Positions 40,601 to 54,134 of a stretch of DNA of 64,000 nucleotides are shown here, in pieces. The notes below the pieces were generated by a model. That model made no database searches. It was not told the DNA's origin and saw nothing but the letters and a program-made list of their open reading frames with translations. Numbering within the stretch: the stretch's first letter is position 1; each line of letters begins with the position of its first letter. Position numbers and translations under genes: made by a program. The stretch is from Antedon mediterranea (lineage: Eukaryota; Animalia; Echinodermata): positions 9,052,001-9,116,000 of the forward strand of contig NC_092673.1 in assembly GCF_964355755.1 (NCBI RefSeq). The letters run 5' to 3'.

Positions 40601-41856
40601 TTAAAAGTTGCAATTTTCTGATACAAAATCCATACTAAATTTCTTGCTTCTAAACCAATTTGAAGTATCAACCCTTTTTAAAGCTAAGGAACTCCACTAG
40701 TAGGTAACCTTAGCCTATTATCAAGTAAGCAGCGGCTTATAACAGTCTAGGAAAAACAATTTACGCAAATACAATATTAAAATTACAATGCATATTAAGT
40801 CAATATATTTCATAGTAACTAACAACAGGTAAGGCAAAATATTTAAAAAGGTCATTTTTTTTGTAGTCAGCGTTGTCTTCGTTGAATACAATAGAAATAG
40901 CACAATATTATCTAGAAGGAAGGCAAATTTTGAAGTGATTTTGATATAAAGCAAACAATCAATGTATATGATTATAGAAATGAAACATAAAATAAATTTG
41001 ACCCGAACTTTCTCAAAGAACAGATGAAAAAGTTAATAGATTTAACAATGAATCTAATCCAAATTATAGAAAGCAAACAATAACAATCTTTGATTTTACT
41101 GAATTATCTCAATACTGTACAACTTGAATGTAAGAATAGCTGCTAGTTTGCCAGGCATACGATTCAAATTCAATTATGAAAGCATTGGTATTTGAGGTAA
41201 GAATTCTAACCGGGAGGTTGCTTTTATAAAAGAAAGTCTAAAACTGGTTTACCCTAGACACAATTTTAAAATTAGAAAAATTAATTATGTATCATGCTGA
41301 TAGCATCACACCATGAGTACACATTTTACTAAAAATATCTACATGTAACACAAGTAGATCTTCCTAGAAATTTAACACTGGCTAGAGTATTTACACATTA
41401 ACCTATTTTAAGTGTTTTGTACTATAAATTCCACAAAAATTTGTTAGCTGATATAATAGTGTATTTTTGTAACAATTTGTTGTTGACACACTTAATCTTA
41501 AATCATTCTCATGTACTTCAGAAAAAAATATATAAATAGAACATTTAATTGATTTATAATATAGGAAATTGCTTAACACTCATTTGTTTGATATTGCAGA
41601 GCAAAAAGAAACAATAAAAAATCTCTAAAAATACAATGATCTATAAATAAGAAGGGTGTTTACACCTGATTATAAACATGTTTTCAAATTAATTCATATG
41701 TGCATTTACAAAAACGTAATCCAAATGACCTTTATTTATGAAAACAATATTAAAATAGTTGTTTAATGCTATTTCAAAGTTTGTTCATGATTAAAATGCT
41801 TTTTTTTTGTTGAGGCTAATGAAAAATAACAAGTAATTTGAAATATAATATTATTA

Positions 41857-42676
41857 CCGTACTGACGCGGGTATAAGCCCACCCCCCTTGAACATGAAAT
41901 CTCGTCAAGTTTGGGGGGTGGGCTTATACCCGAGGATCCAAAAATGCAGATCGTCAAAAACAGCACATGTACACTGTGTATTCCACCATGCGAGCGAGCG
42001 CCCTCACGTGTACGACGTTGCCTCTAAATACACGAGGTGTAGAGTGTCGGAAAATTAAGCTTAGGCTATATAGTTTGTGTAATTTATCGTAGAATATCTT
42101 ATTTTAAACATCAATTGAACAAGAATTTATCAAGCAGAAAAGCAAGTACAGTCAACTCTCCCAATACCGGACACCTTTGGGCCGGCCAAATAAGTCTGGT
42201 TTTCCGGAAAGTCTGGTATTCGGAATGTGTTTTTAATGGTAAATATAAATTTGGGACCTTTTGGTCCTCAAAAAAAGTCTGGTATTGGGAGAGTTTCTGG
42301 TTTTCAGAGATTCCGGTATTGGGAGAGTTGACTGTATACAATGTTTGTTAAATAGAAATGTACCAAAGAAATTTAATAAGCTTGTTTATGGCAGCCGATA
42401 CCAAATAGTGGTTTTCCGTTTTGGCGACTTATAGCGTCGTGTGTGAAGCGATCTTCGACCGCGAAGGAGTGTAAACAAAACAGGACCGCTAGGCCTCATA
42501 TGGCCTAGCGTATATTAGCCTAGCTTGGTTATGATCAAAGGCGTCGCCAAATACAAAATAATGTATTACGACACACACTGTAGATCTTCTTCGAGTGCCT
42601 CATTTTTAATGAAAATTAGTCAAAAGTCGGGGGTGGGCTTATACCCGAGTATGGGCTTATACCCGCGTCAGTACGG
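41857..42676. mobile_element. Complete Tc2/pogo-type MITE
   Basis: TA TSD, perfect 25-bp TIR ccgtactgacgcgggtataagccca, and subterminal gggcttataccc repeats. Confidence 0.9.
42149..42334. mobile_element. Tigger/pogo-type MITE (186 bp) nested in the previous element
   Basis: TA-cagtcaactctcccaataccgga ... tccggtattgggagagttgactg-TA, perfect TIRs. Confidence 0.9.
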
Positions 42677-43186
42677 TAATAAAATAATAAATAGGAACGT
42701 TTAAAATGTTACCAACTTTAGATATTGTATTTAATAATAATAATATGGAGGTAATTCTTTATTTGACAAATGTGATGACTTTTTTACATTTGTTTTCAAT
42801 TATACATTCAAGGTATACAACAAATGGTTGGCCATATAATGTGTAACCATCAGTAAAAATCTATAAAATAATTTTTTTTTTTATAAAATAACATTTGACT
42901 TTTGGCAACAACAGAATAATATCATGACACACCTATAAAACAGAATTTATTTATAAATAAAGATAAAATAAACCGGTTTACACTTCAATAACAAATGAAG
43001 TTAATAGTTAAATTGAATTTTTAATAATTAACCATATCTTTTTAAAATTATGATAATAAAGTTATGTATGTACATTTTTTTTTACAAAACGAGTTTCAAA
43101 GAAAACCATTTTTTATAGATATTTCATACATTGAAGTTAATGAAATTATAAAAACTAGACAGTAAAATTAAAACAATTTCACTTAC

Positions 43187-43299
43187 AAATTCCTAACTGG
43201 TTTAGTATTGTTCTTTGTTGATTTTGCAGCTTGGCTTGATATACTAGGATGCTGCAACATAACCAAAATGTCCCCATGAACTTGGAATGCCTCTCTCAT
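43187..43299 (-). CDS. RGS: Candidate distal first coding exon of RGS (MREAFQVHGDILVMLQHPSISSQAAKSTKNNTKPVRN-F)
   Basis: caacATG context with an in-frame TAG 12 nt upstream, 113 bp open, perfect gtaagt donor, phase 2. The spliced junction VRNF|AKDLKDKV resembles SKNL|AKDMKNKL as I recall it from vertebrate RGS3. Confidence 0.55.
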
Positions 43300-45973
43300 G
43301 TTGTCTAAATACTATCAATACTGTACTCCCAGAATTAACAGCACAACTTTGATCAAATTTCTAACTTACACCAGTGACTTACGGTAGTCAGACTTGTAAC
43401 AAAGTTTTCAACTTCTATAAAGTTTTACTTCAAGGACTGTTCCATTGTAATTGAAAGGGTGATAATAATACTGGCAGATTTCCAAAAGAAAATTTAACTT
43501 CATGCCAATTTTTGTTTCAGATAATAATGTGTGCTAATCCCATTAATGTATGTTATTCATAAGAGTACTACGTACAATACAAAATTCAATTATAATAAAT
43601 AACAATGATTGACGATAACAAACAATAAAATTAGAATTAAGATTCTGTCAACATACACATAGTACTTGAATGCAAAGAAATTATTAAATTAAAATAGTTT
43701 TATTGTATATAAATGATAAATAAAATCCTATTCCACATAGAATTTAATTCAAATTCTAATAAATTCAATTAACAAATAATAAAGAAAATTGGATAAAAAC
43801 TTGGCTATTGTATAGAATCCTATCCTACACAACATTATCATAATAAACTAGTTCTAAAATACTTGGAAGCTAATATAAATTACACCAAAAAAAAAAACAA
43901 CATTCTATAATACATGTCTGCCTTCAATTAAACCTGGACATACTCCCTTGGACCATGGACGAAGTGAAAGGAACGGATTAAAGATCAAAGGCTACCAATT
44001 GACGAAACAACTCAAGCATCATCACAAACCATTACAATTTTTTTTAAATCAATAGCTAACTACAGATGGGCATCCAACTTTGTGTAAAAACCAAAGTTTC
44101 GGTTGAACACATTTAATAATGTATAAAGAGACTATGGTAATATTCAATGGCTATAAAAGATATAGCATTAAATCCAATAAACCAAATTCATCTGGTTTAA
44201 ATATTAATAATATGAACTTTGAACTCACACAAGATTCATAACTGGAGCTGATAATGTAACTCGCAAATATAAATGTCATTCGATGCGATTTGGATCTTGG
44301 ATTGTCGTTGAAGCATCACTAGAGAAAAGCTTTTTAAGCCTTTTAAAAAATCCTTTGGCATAGCAGTCTGTTATTTGATGAAAAACATTTCATTATGTTG
44401 TAATATATGAACTGTATGTGGAACATACAGCTGTATATATTGATTCTTGAATACGTACATAATCAGCAACCCTATAATATTCTAATAGAATTTTTATATG
44501 TTCACAAAGGAAGGTGAAGTCTACATAAAATCAATAAAAACATACAAAATCGATTCTGAAAATTATAATTTCTGAACAAATTAATTTCTAAAAAATGTAC
44601 TTTCAAAAGAAATGCCTTACTATCGTTAGTAAGTACTGTATTTTCACATGAAATGCAAGTTTTGAAGTACAAAGGATAATAAATGTCGTGTAAACCTAAG
44701 GATTTTAAGTTGTTTGCTTGAGTAGTTTTTTAAAATGTTTAGAATTTATGTAATACTGGTATGTTTTCAGATTATGTATACCGACATGTTGCCAAACAAG
44801 TTTTCACTGTTTTTGTTGTTTTAAATGGCAAATAATAATTATACATCAAACATTATATTCACCTCGCATAAGTTGTATGAAAGTCTCAAATTCTTTCCTC
44901 TACATTACTGTGATGTAACTTATACTGTTCGGTCAAATTTTTTCTAAGGCCGTGTTTCCGCAGCAAAAAATGAATATAATATATAATTACAGATGCGGAT
45001 CCAAGAGGGGTGGTGGTGGCGGGCACATGTTTTTTGAGAGGAAAAATATTTGATTGGGTTTTTCACGTACCAGTTTGACTTACGATAATTTTACAGAGTA
45101 GGCCTAACTGATGATTTCTGTATACTTCACTCTCTACACCAACGCGCAGCGAATGTAGGCCAAGAAGATCGCTTTAATGCCGTTGTACTTCTTTTTGTAC
45201 ATTTCACTAGATTATAGTAAGATCACAGAAAGCTAGAGAAAAATTAACCAATAATTATCTCATTTCAAATCAGATAATTTTAGATAGACAGCAATATAAC
45301 GAATGGAATGGATACCAATTATGAATCGACATTGTATGAGTTACTGTTGGTATTAGTAGCCTAGCACTTAATTCATAAAGAAGCATTTAATAGGCCAAGC
45401 ACAGGCTAAGCAAACTAAAATCTGTCAACGCTCAACATGTGGGCCAAAACACGATGTATCACAATTAGGCTAGTGAGTAGGCCTAGGACTAATCTGTAAG
45501 TCGAAGTACGCATAACTCTCTTTTTATTCCAGTCCCAGATTCGAGTGTAAAATTATTAATTATTTTTGTCAGCAAAAACAAATTTTATCTGGTATCTTAT
45601 GTAAATTGGTATGTTATCATTGGTTGTGCTGAAGAAATGCATTTGTTATGGCTAAAGAAACATGTAGTAAAAAGAAAGGAAAGGATGTCACCAGCTCCAT
45701 AATACTAACCAGTATCTTCATCACATTTTAATTCAATGATGTCATACAGCTTGCCTTTAAATCTACATCCTATTCTTAATTAGTGGGCATCAATTACATG
45801 ATAGATAAGGGAATTTACTAAAATTATACTAAAAGATTAATACTAGGATATGATGATTAGTTTATTTAATGCGTAGACCTCAAATCACATTAACAATAAT
45901 TAAATTAAAAATTTGTGGAAGGATTGCTTTGTTATTTAATTGTGCATGCATGTGGCCTAATTTATCAAACTTA

Positions 45974-46164
45974 AGGGCCTTTCACACCTGCTCCGGCACG
46001 GTTCCGGTCCGGCGACGGCAAATCCAATCGAACGTCAATGTTTCGTTTTCACGCGGCTACGCGCATATCGATTGGTGCTTGGCCGCGTGGAGCGTCGTAA
46101 AAACGAAACATTGGTGTTCGATTCGCCGGACCGGAACCGTGCCGGAACAGGTGTGAAAGGCCCT
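45974..46164. mobile_element. PIF/Harbinger (Tourist-like) palindromic MITE, 191 bp
   Basis: TTA TSD at 45971-73 and 46165-67. ~40-bp near-perfect TIR agggcctttcacacctg.tccggcacggttccggtccggcga, plus an inner inverted repeat caatgtttcgtttt / aaaacgaaacattg. Confidence 0.85.
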
Positions 46165-46982
46165 TTACCCTTGAATAGGACACTAATTTCAGTTTGGCAC
46201 CTAAAATTTGCCATTTTAAGGCCCCGGGGCCGACTTCTCCCAATTTCAAAATACAGGATCCGGCACTAACCTTTGCCTTAAAGTGAAGCTCCGCCCAGAA
46301 AATTTATATTTTTCATACATTTCATTTGTTTGAAACAAAAAACAACCTTTTTTTTATGTAATTTTTATAGATCTTTCTATTTCTGCTATTTTTATTGAGT
46401 ACATACATTGCACAATTTTGCATAAATAGGCACTTTCCCTCGTTGGGGTGCAACAGGGTTTTTTTTATGATCATGTGAAATCGTTCACGATCACAATGCT
46501 GCAGCTGGCGATCTTTTCTCGTCACGATGTTGTTTTTGACAGGGAAAAAGTATATTATAACATTCTGGATGTGACCCTATCATGTTTTCACAGTGTAATA
46601 TATTGTGATTATGAGATTATTATTAAAATGTCAAATTTAACAAGATCTGAGAAAGACGTAGCTATATATTCAATAAAGCTAGGCCCAACCAGAGTCTACT
46701 GTAGGTATGATGTTGCTTGGCCTTGCTAGGCTGATAATACAGCAGTGAAGTTTGTTCTGCTGGCACACACTCATGATAGGGTTTTTTTAGGGTGCCTGCA
46801 TAATTGCTCTTTAGTCAGGCCTAAGTTTCCATATCGCTTAACTAGCAATATCAGTCTTGTTTTGTAGAGGATTAAAATAATAAGCAAGTTAATAAAGATT
46901 ATGCTGTGTACAGTGCAAATCATGATGTTACTACTGACATTTTTATCTGAAATATGACTTGGACCTAAACAAATTGCATTAA

Positions 46983-47314
46983 AGATGTATTGTCCCCCCA
47001 AAACATGAAAAATAAAGATTAATAAAATCAGACTTTGAATAGATTATTTGTAGCTTTAAAGTTAATCATTTCTGTAGAAAAAAAATTATGTTTTCACTTA
47101 GGCAATTACAAAATAAATGGTTAAATTTAACCAAAAACCCATTGGCTGGCAGCCAATTTGACTATTTTTTTGCTTTAAATTACATTTTTTTAGGTAAATA
47201 CTTTTTTTTTCGATCCAATTTTTGGTCAAAGTGGATAAATATTTGGTGACATTAAAATGGCATATTTAACAAAAAAAATTGTAAGAATTAATTTTTCAGG
47301 GGGACAATACATCT
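46983..47314 (-). mobile_element. Kolobok-like MITE family K, full-length copy, inverted
   Basis: TTAA TSD at 46979-82 and 47315-18. Same TIR as 40255-40600, and the interior is its reverse complement. Confidence 0.85.
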
Positions 47315-47764
47315 TTAATTGTGTGAACATTGATTCGCCATTTTTCGACACAGTATAATTTACCAAAGGTGAGAAATTACACAAACATGTTCATGTCTTT
47401 TAAGTTAGCATGCTTAAACATAATGTAAGCTGAGAAAGCCTGAGTGGAGCTCCAATTTAAATCTTTGATTTTGCTTACTAAGTCAGATTTATTAATGCTG
47501 TATATCTAAAACAAAATATTTGCTTAATTTTGTCTTAAATCAAACACCCTGCCTTAAGATGAAAAATTTCATCCTTGTCTCATTTCTGCAACAGAAAAAT
47601 TCTTTTTGACAACGCGAGCACACTAGGCCAGAACATCGAACGTTGTTGCATTTTCCGCGGTAAAGATTTGTCTAGAAATTGGACTAGCAAAACTAATATT
47701 TTGGGGTAGGTATGACCCATTTGACTAACCAGCAGTTACTATTAGAAAAATATATTGGCTGCCA

Positions 47765-50150
47765 TGCAGCGGTGGTGCCAGCATCTTTCAGACGTGGGGG
47801 CTAAACTCCCCGACGGAGGGGCTATGCGAGCATCGCTAGGGCCCCCGGTGGGGGTCCAGGGGTTTTCGCCCTCCCCCCTGAAGCAACGCGTTATAGCGTA
47901 TTTTGAGTCCGTTTTAATCAGATTTAGGGTAGCCAACTTTTTCCATTTTGTATGGTACATAATAGTCTGGGCACCAGACGGAGTTTTTTCTTAATATTAG
48001 TAAAAATATAAATATTTTTGCACATATGGCGTTTCATACGTGTATTACTTGAGTTTGGATACTCCGTCTGGGGAAACACTCAAAAGTCACGTGGTTTGAC
48101 ACCAAGAATTCTTGGTGCATAGATTATCCGGTTGACTAGTTTCAGCTGCATGCGATTGGCTACTCACTCGTACACTGTCTTAATATTCATGTTTCAGAAT
48201 TTCAAAGACTCAACAACTAAGAAGGTACGCATGCGCTATGTTACGTTTAGACAATGTGTACTTGGGTACATTAATGAAAGTTTCTGAAGGCTAGAAATGA
48301 TTTTATACCGTATGCCTAGTAGTAGTCTGGTCATTTGATGGGATTTTTCCCAAGAAAACTCGTCTTGCTTCTCCGCAAATCAAACATTGAATGGATCATT
48401 TAATATTACGCGGAGATAATTTGATTTAATTCCCACCCAGACCCTGTCCTGTTCTGTGTAGTGGTGTACAACTCCCTGGACTGGTGTAGCCCTGTCTGTT
48501 GTGTGTGAATCCTGTTGTGTGCCGGTGGTGGTATGTAGGCCTACCTTATTGGTGTTTTATTTGGCAGGTAATACGTGCGAGTTGAGTAGGACCTACGAAG
48601 GAGGCCTAGGCTAAGGACTAAACAATTAATAAACAAAACAACTTGGCAACACGATTTCATATTTCAACAGTCTCGATCGTACATTCAGCACTGTACGTAC
48701 TCGATCTTTTTCATTTTGAAACAAAATGATCATTGGTTGATTCGAAATCCATATTTACATACCGCCCGCCCCATATAGCCAAATACGGTATGATAACCTA
48801 CGTCATTCTTATTGGATGTTTGCGGTCTGCAAATCGATTTCTATACGTGTTTCACAAGTCTGTATTTTCAGACAAAAATCGCGGTCGAAATAAAAACAAA
48901 TAAATAAAAATAAAAAACAATACAGACTTGGGGCAAGTCTAGGTACATAAATAAAATACTGTGTGAAAAACACATTGCACATATATAAGTCTCCAGGACC
49001 AGCCCTACCATTAAAGTTGAGCTGCTAAGAAAATTGTGAAAATAGAACTGCTAGGTACCTGGAAATTGCACTTATATAGGCCCATATTGATAAATGAAAC
49101 GAAATTATAAGTCTACAGGACCAGCCTGCCATGGATGGGTGGGTGGAGCTAAGAAAATTGTGAAAAATAGAGCTGCTAGGTCCCTGCAAAACATTGAAAT
49201 ATAAAACGAAATTATAGGTCTACAGTTCCAGCCCACCATGGTTGGGGTGGAGCTAAGAACATTTTGAAATTGAACTTATTATAGTTCGAAGCATAAACCA
49301 GAATATATACCGGTACGTCTCTAGAACCAGCCCTACCATGAATATAAAACATTTTTTTTTTATAGAGAGCTCTATCCCAGACAATTCACTAACTGTATAT
49401 TGTACATCGAAATATGAAACGAAATGTATAAGTATCCATGACCAGCTCTTGGGGACGGTTGAGCTAATAAGACAATTTTGAAAACTAGAGCTGCAGGTCT
49501 TTAAAAACTACACTTGCACTTTAAAAATTCAGGACTAGAGGCCTAAAAAAGTAACCCTTTTTACCTTTTATTTGGAGGGGAATGCGTCCGCAAGCGTAGA
49601 CCATCTTCCGTCGGGGAAATCAGTTTATTTCCCAGATGTGAATCTGGAATTTCGATGTAAGATGAGCAGTTCATGACATACAGGACATTGAAAATGTAAT
49701 ACCTTAGCTATAATAAGATGTTGGCTAAACGAAAATGGCATGTTTTTTGTTTAGTAAAAAAAAGCGTTAACCAAGGGTTAATCGTAAATAAAAAAATTGA
49801 ACATACGAACAAAAGATCGCATAATTATAACATAATTCGTACCCTTTTGCTGTATAGCGTACGTCGATACACATTACACGACGTGACGCTTCGGTAAAGT
49901 TCGCCTGGAAACTACAGTACACATTCTGGTCCCTGGATGGAACACGATATCACACGTAAACCGCAATGGGCCGGGCCCAATGTTAAACGATTCGTACAAA
50001 GGGACACCGCCAGACATGTGCGTACCTATTGTTTATTAGATCGCTGGCAATAATGCATGCATATAAAGTGTAATAGCCCTCCAACGTACGTACTAAAAAA
50101 ATGGAACGTCGCGGTTTTCTAGGCGCTGAAGCTACGATTTAAGTTTAGAG
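47765..50150 (+). repeat. Composite dispersed repeat, copy 1: GC-rich head, ~1-kb interruption, ~115-bp degenerate tandem sub-repeats, tail
   Basis: 47765-47950 matches 62596-62800 and 49040-50150 matches 62900-63745. Sub-repeats are marked by gagctaagaaaatt...agagctgctagg and ccagccctaccatg. Confidence 0.7.
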
Positions 50151-51874
50151 CGAATGATTTTCGTATGTATTTCTGACATTTGTGCTCTTTCTCTATTTCA
50201 AGTAATAAAAGCTTAGTAACCAGAATGGACCCTCTCTTGTTGGGAGTGAAAATGGTAAGATAAAATTTGATAGCACCGCCATCACTAAAGACAAAAAAGC
50301 TAGGTGCCCTTGTGTTGATGGAAGCAAAATGTTAACATTGTCATCACTTTCATTGATTTATATATGAATAATAATATATAATTTATTGAACATACGATTG
50401 TAAAATAAATGCACATGTTAAAAAAACAGGTCATAAATGTACGTTATATTATTAATTATGAGAAAAGAGAAAAACAATGACTTCCTAAGTTGCTAGTGTT
50501 GATTGTCCTCTCGAAGATGATTTTAGGCCTAGCTAATTAGCTAGACTTCGTTGTGTAGGCCTAGCTGGTAAAGAGCGGTAAAGTAGGAACTTTACATGCT
50601 AGCTATAGGTCTACAGTAGCTTGGCGTTGTCTTGTTGCTGAATTAATTGTCTTTCCTTTTTTTGGCAAAAATCTGTACAAATTGGGGAAGACCTGTTATT
50701 TTCGCTGAAAGTTTTATTTATTTACCCTTTCACAATGCACAATGGGTGCATCACATCTTGATATAAAAATATCAATCCTCTCAATCAATTCTGGTATTTA
50801 TAGCGGGCCAATTAAATGATTATTTTCCACATTTTCACTGTTTAAAAAAGATGGAAAAAATTATCGCAGTAGGTCTATAAATTATTTATTTTTACATAAA
50901 GTGTAGTGTGTGTAACCTTAAATTAGGTCGAAAAAACTTAGGTCTTACTAGTGGCTTTAAAAACTAGTCATTTGATGTCAACACATAAAGAAAAAAAACA
51001 ACATTTAAAGAGGACTTAACTTGTTTTTTTTTAAATACAAAATACCATATCTTAAAATTAGTCATGCACATATGCTTATGTTTGACGTACAATAGAAATG
51101 AGGGAAATCACTAAATAATATTAACAACAACTAGGTGATCATTTTTAAAATTCTACTGACATTTAATTCTAAAAAAATGATGCATGCAAGTTAAAATACG
51201 ATTGCAAAATGTTGATGCATGCCATCCTATGACCTGATGCATACGTTTATAGTACTAAGTTGTGCCTATTATTATGCGTCATACAATTACACTTATTAAT
51301 TCTAGTGGCCATTAAATAACTAATTCTTATACACTTAATTTAATATCACACTCTAACATGAAATTAATAAAATTAATTAATCTATAAGTGTTAATTGTTG
51401 AATTCAATAATTCAATTAGACTTAAGCAAAAAATGTTTATTGACGTCATTGCTCAAAACCCGACATAATACCACCTATTGTGGTGTTTCTTTAATTGGAT
51501 TTCACTTGCTTTTAATTTGTTTGCATCTAAACTTATTACCAATACAGTAGTACGTGGTTATTCTTTCCTATGTATATTATATTTAATGGGCTAAATAATT
51601 GATAATTTGATGTTATAGTAGTTAGAGTTTGGGTATAAGAAGATGATTGAGATTGCTGTTTTAGCTGGTTTTAGTATGGTAAGGATAGATGAGGTGTTTC
51701 TAAGGCCCTGTTTCTGCTGCCAATTCCAAATATACCGTATAAATATACCGTATATAAAATTCGTGCACCGTTTCCACTGCACATACTTCGTTGCTGGGCT
51801 GTAAAAAAGTTGGCTTTCATTATCCAAAATGCATTTCGTGAGACGGAAGTATGGATTGACCTAGAGTCTCAGAT

Positions 51875-52130
51875 TCACTTTGTTTATTCAGACTATGAAA
51901 TGTTGTATATCAGACAATTAAAACCTAGTCTGAATAAACAAAGTGACTCTGTAAAAGCTAAGCTTTTCATTTGACAGGATGTAAGACAATAGGTCTTTTG
52001 TTATTTAAACTTTGACCCTTGACTTGTGCTATTTAATTAGTTGTTGTTTTAAATTTCATTCATTGGACTTGATAATGACCCCATGATGGAGTCGAAACGT
52101 CGTTCTTTTTTAAGCGTTATTTTTATATTA
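51875..52130 (+). mobile_element. Penelope-like element 3' end (GIY-YIG C-terminus + pLTR) with an inverted 5' junction
   Basis: 51894-51974 reads YEMLYIRQLKPSLNKQSDSVKAKLFI* (PLE KPSLN motif). 51875-51895 is the exact reverse complement of 51926-51946. A hammerhead lies downstream. Confidence 0.8.
52065..52105 (+). ncRNA. Minimal type I hammerhead ribozyme, U3-A8 core variant
   Basis: ggac-TTGATAA-t-gacccc atgat ggagtc-GAAA-c-GTC-gttc. Stem I is ggac/gttc, stem II has one mismatch, stem III is palindromic ACGT and the cleavage triplet is GUC. Confidence 0.7.
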
Positions 52131-53815
52131 TGAATATAATTATAGCTAGGCAATCCAAAGATAATAATAATTTTGTTTACAATACTGAAGTGTATCACAA
52201 AGGATGGCTGATTGTTATACTATATTATACCAAAATTAGAATGATACATCTGATACCACAGTAGTCTTTATCCTTGTGACATTTATTAGCATCCTACAGA
52301 AAAACCTAGAAAACAACATTGATATATTAACCTGTATGACATTACACCTTACTTATAGTGAACTAATTGGCCGCATGAACTCACGGATTTAGCATTTACC
52401 AAGAAAACCATTTTACGATGCCAATTTGCAACTAAACATTTCAAATCTACTGTAAAAGACTATAATTATTACTTAATTGAACATTACCAAATGTACAGTA
52501 AAGTTAACGATAGTTTAAATAGTTCAATATAACCAAGAAGAAGAAATTTTGATACATTTTCACCTACCTCTTTATTTTTTGGTCACTAAGAATCTAGTAT
52601 TGCAAAACCAGGGACAGATCACATCATTTGCTCATGCAGCAATAAGTACTTAGCCATATTGACAAGAAAAATCATCAAATAAAATTGAAAGTTGAATGCA
52701 TTGTATGACTATTATGGCCTCTCGTTAGTGCGTTTGCACAATCTATTTTGTTTCACGGAAGAAAAGATGGCACAGTCCAATATATATGGGTTTCCATTAT
52801 TTAAAAAATTCTGTTGCCTTTTGTTCCGTTCGCACTACACAGAACAGGTGTAAATGAAGCTATTAGCTTTCAGAACAAAACCACACTGATTATGATAAAA
52901 CTATCATACAGAATTCTTGCCTTAGGTTGTTGACTCATGGAATTAGCTAGAATTGATAAACACCAAATCCTAGAATTAAAATGTCTGTTGCTGGGAATCA
53001 AACATGGCTTCTTCTTCATTTGGCAATATTACAACACAAAGACATTTTCTAGTAACAATCGAAGAAATCTGGTTTTTAAATATGATTCAATTTTTCTAAT
53101 TATTAAGAATAGAACAAATGAACTCTTAATTCAGGAATGTCAAAATAGATTGGCTTCTAATAATCATTTAAATATTGCAATTATTTTGAAATTGATTTGA
53201 ATTTGATACAGTAGTTGATTCGAACTAAATGAAAAACCAAATTCAATATTTATATTTTCCGGGACATTAGAGAGAATTTACTATTTAATTATCTTTTTTT
53301 ATCATGATTAAATCAATTTAGTTATGAACTGATTTCATATACATTACAACAAATACTTTCTGTAAACTAAATTTATAAAGTTAGTGTCAAGTTAGATGGT
53401 AAAACGTTTACGGGATCCGGTAGAAACAAAAAACAAGCGAAGTGTGATAAGTGACTTTTAAAATATTTATGATGGTTATTTGAATAAGACATTTATGGGA
53501 ACTGCCGATATTTAATGGCACTTATTTCAGTTTTAAGAGTCAAATCTTAAAGAGAAGCATGATATGTGAAAGTTCGTATTTTGAACATGGCTGAGCAGCA
53601 ATGTAAGTTTGTAATTTACTAGTGTAGGTTTTACAGGAGGAGTACTAAAAACAGGATTAGTTAGTTTTAGATTAGTTTCATAATGACGTCATAATATCCA
53701 CAGAGAGTAGTCAAATGTTAAAACCATATTTAAGAGGGATTCTGGGTTAAAATTGCTTTCAAATATCGAGTATTTTCTACATAAAAAATGTTACTATTTA
53801 CTACATAAAAACTAC

Positions 53816-54061
53816 GTAAAAAATCATGATAAATGGCACCTCTAGTTGGCCGGAAATGACACTCTAATAATAGCACGCTTGCAATTGGCAAAACAATCGT
53901 GTCCTACTTTTTTCCACGATAAACACATTTGCGTTCAATGCTAACGTCAAGGGGTTGTCCCGAACCATAAAAACTTCCCCTGGCTAGGGCGTGAACAACA
54001 TTGCTATGAGTGTAATTTGGGATGGACATGTTTATATTTCTTTCTATTATTCTAATAATGT
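53816..54061 (+). repeat. Direct repeat, copy 1 (~240 bp)
   Basis: Near-identical to 55551-55782 apart from a ~14-bp indel and a few substitutions. Confidence 0.9.
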
Positions 54062-54134
54062 TTATTGTAAAAAGTTTGCAGTTTTCCAGTCAAGTTACAC
54101 ACTTCTTTGCAAACTACTGCAAAATAGGTGAATA

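Noticed and set aside
42111-42351. Mirror ORFs on both strands (TVNSPNTG...)
   Set aside because: Produced by the TIRs of the 186-bp MITE.
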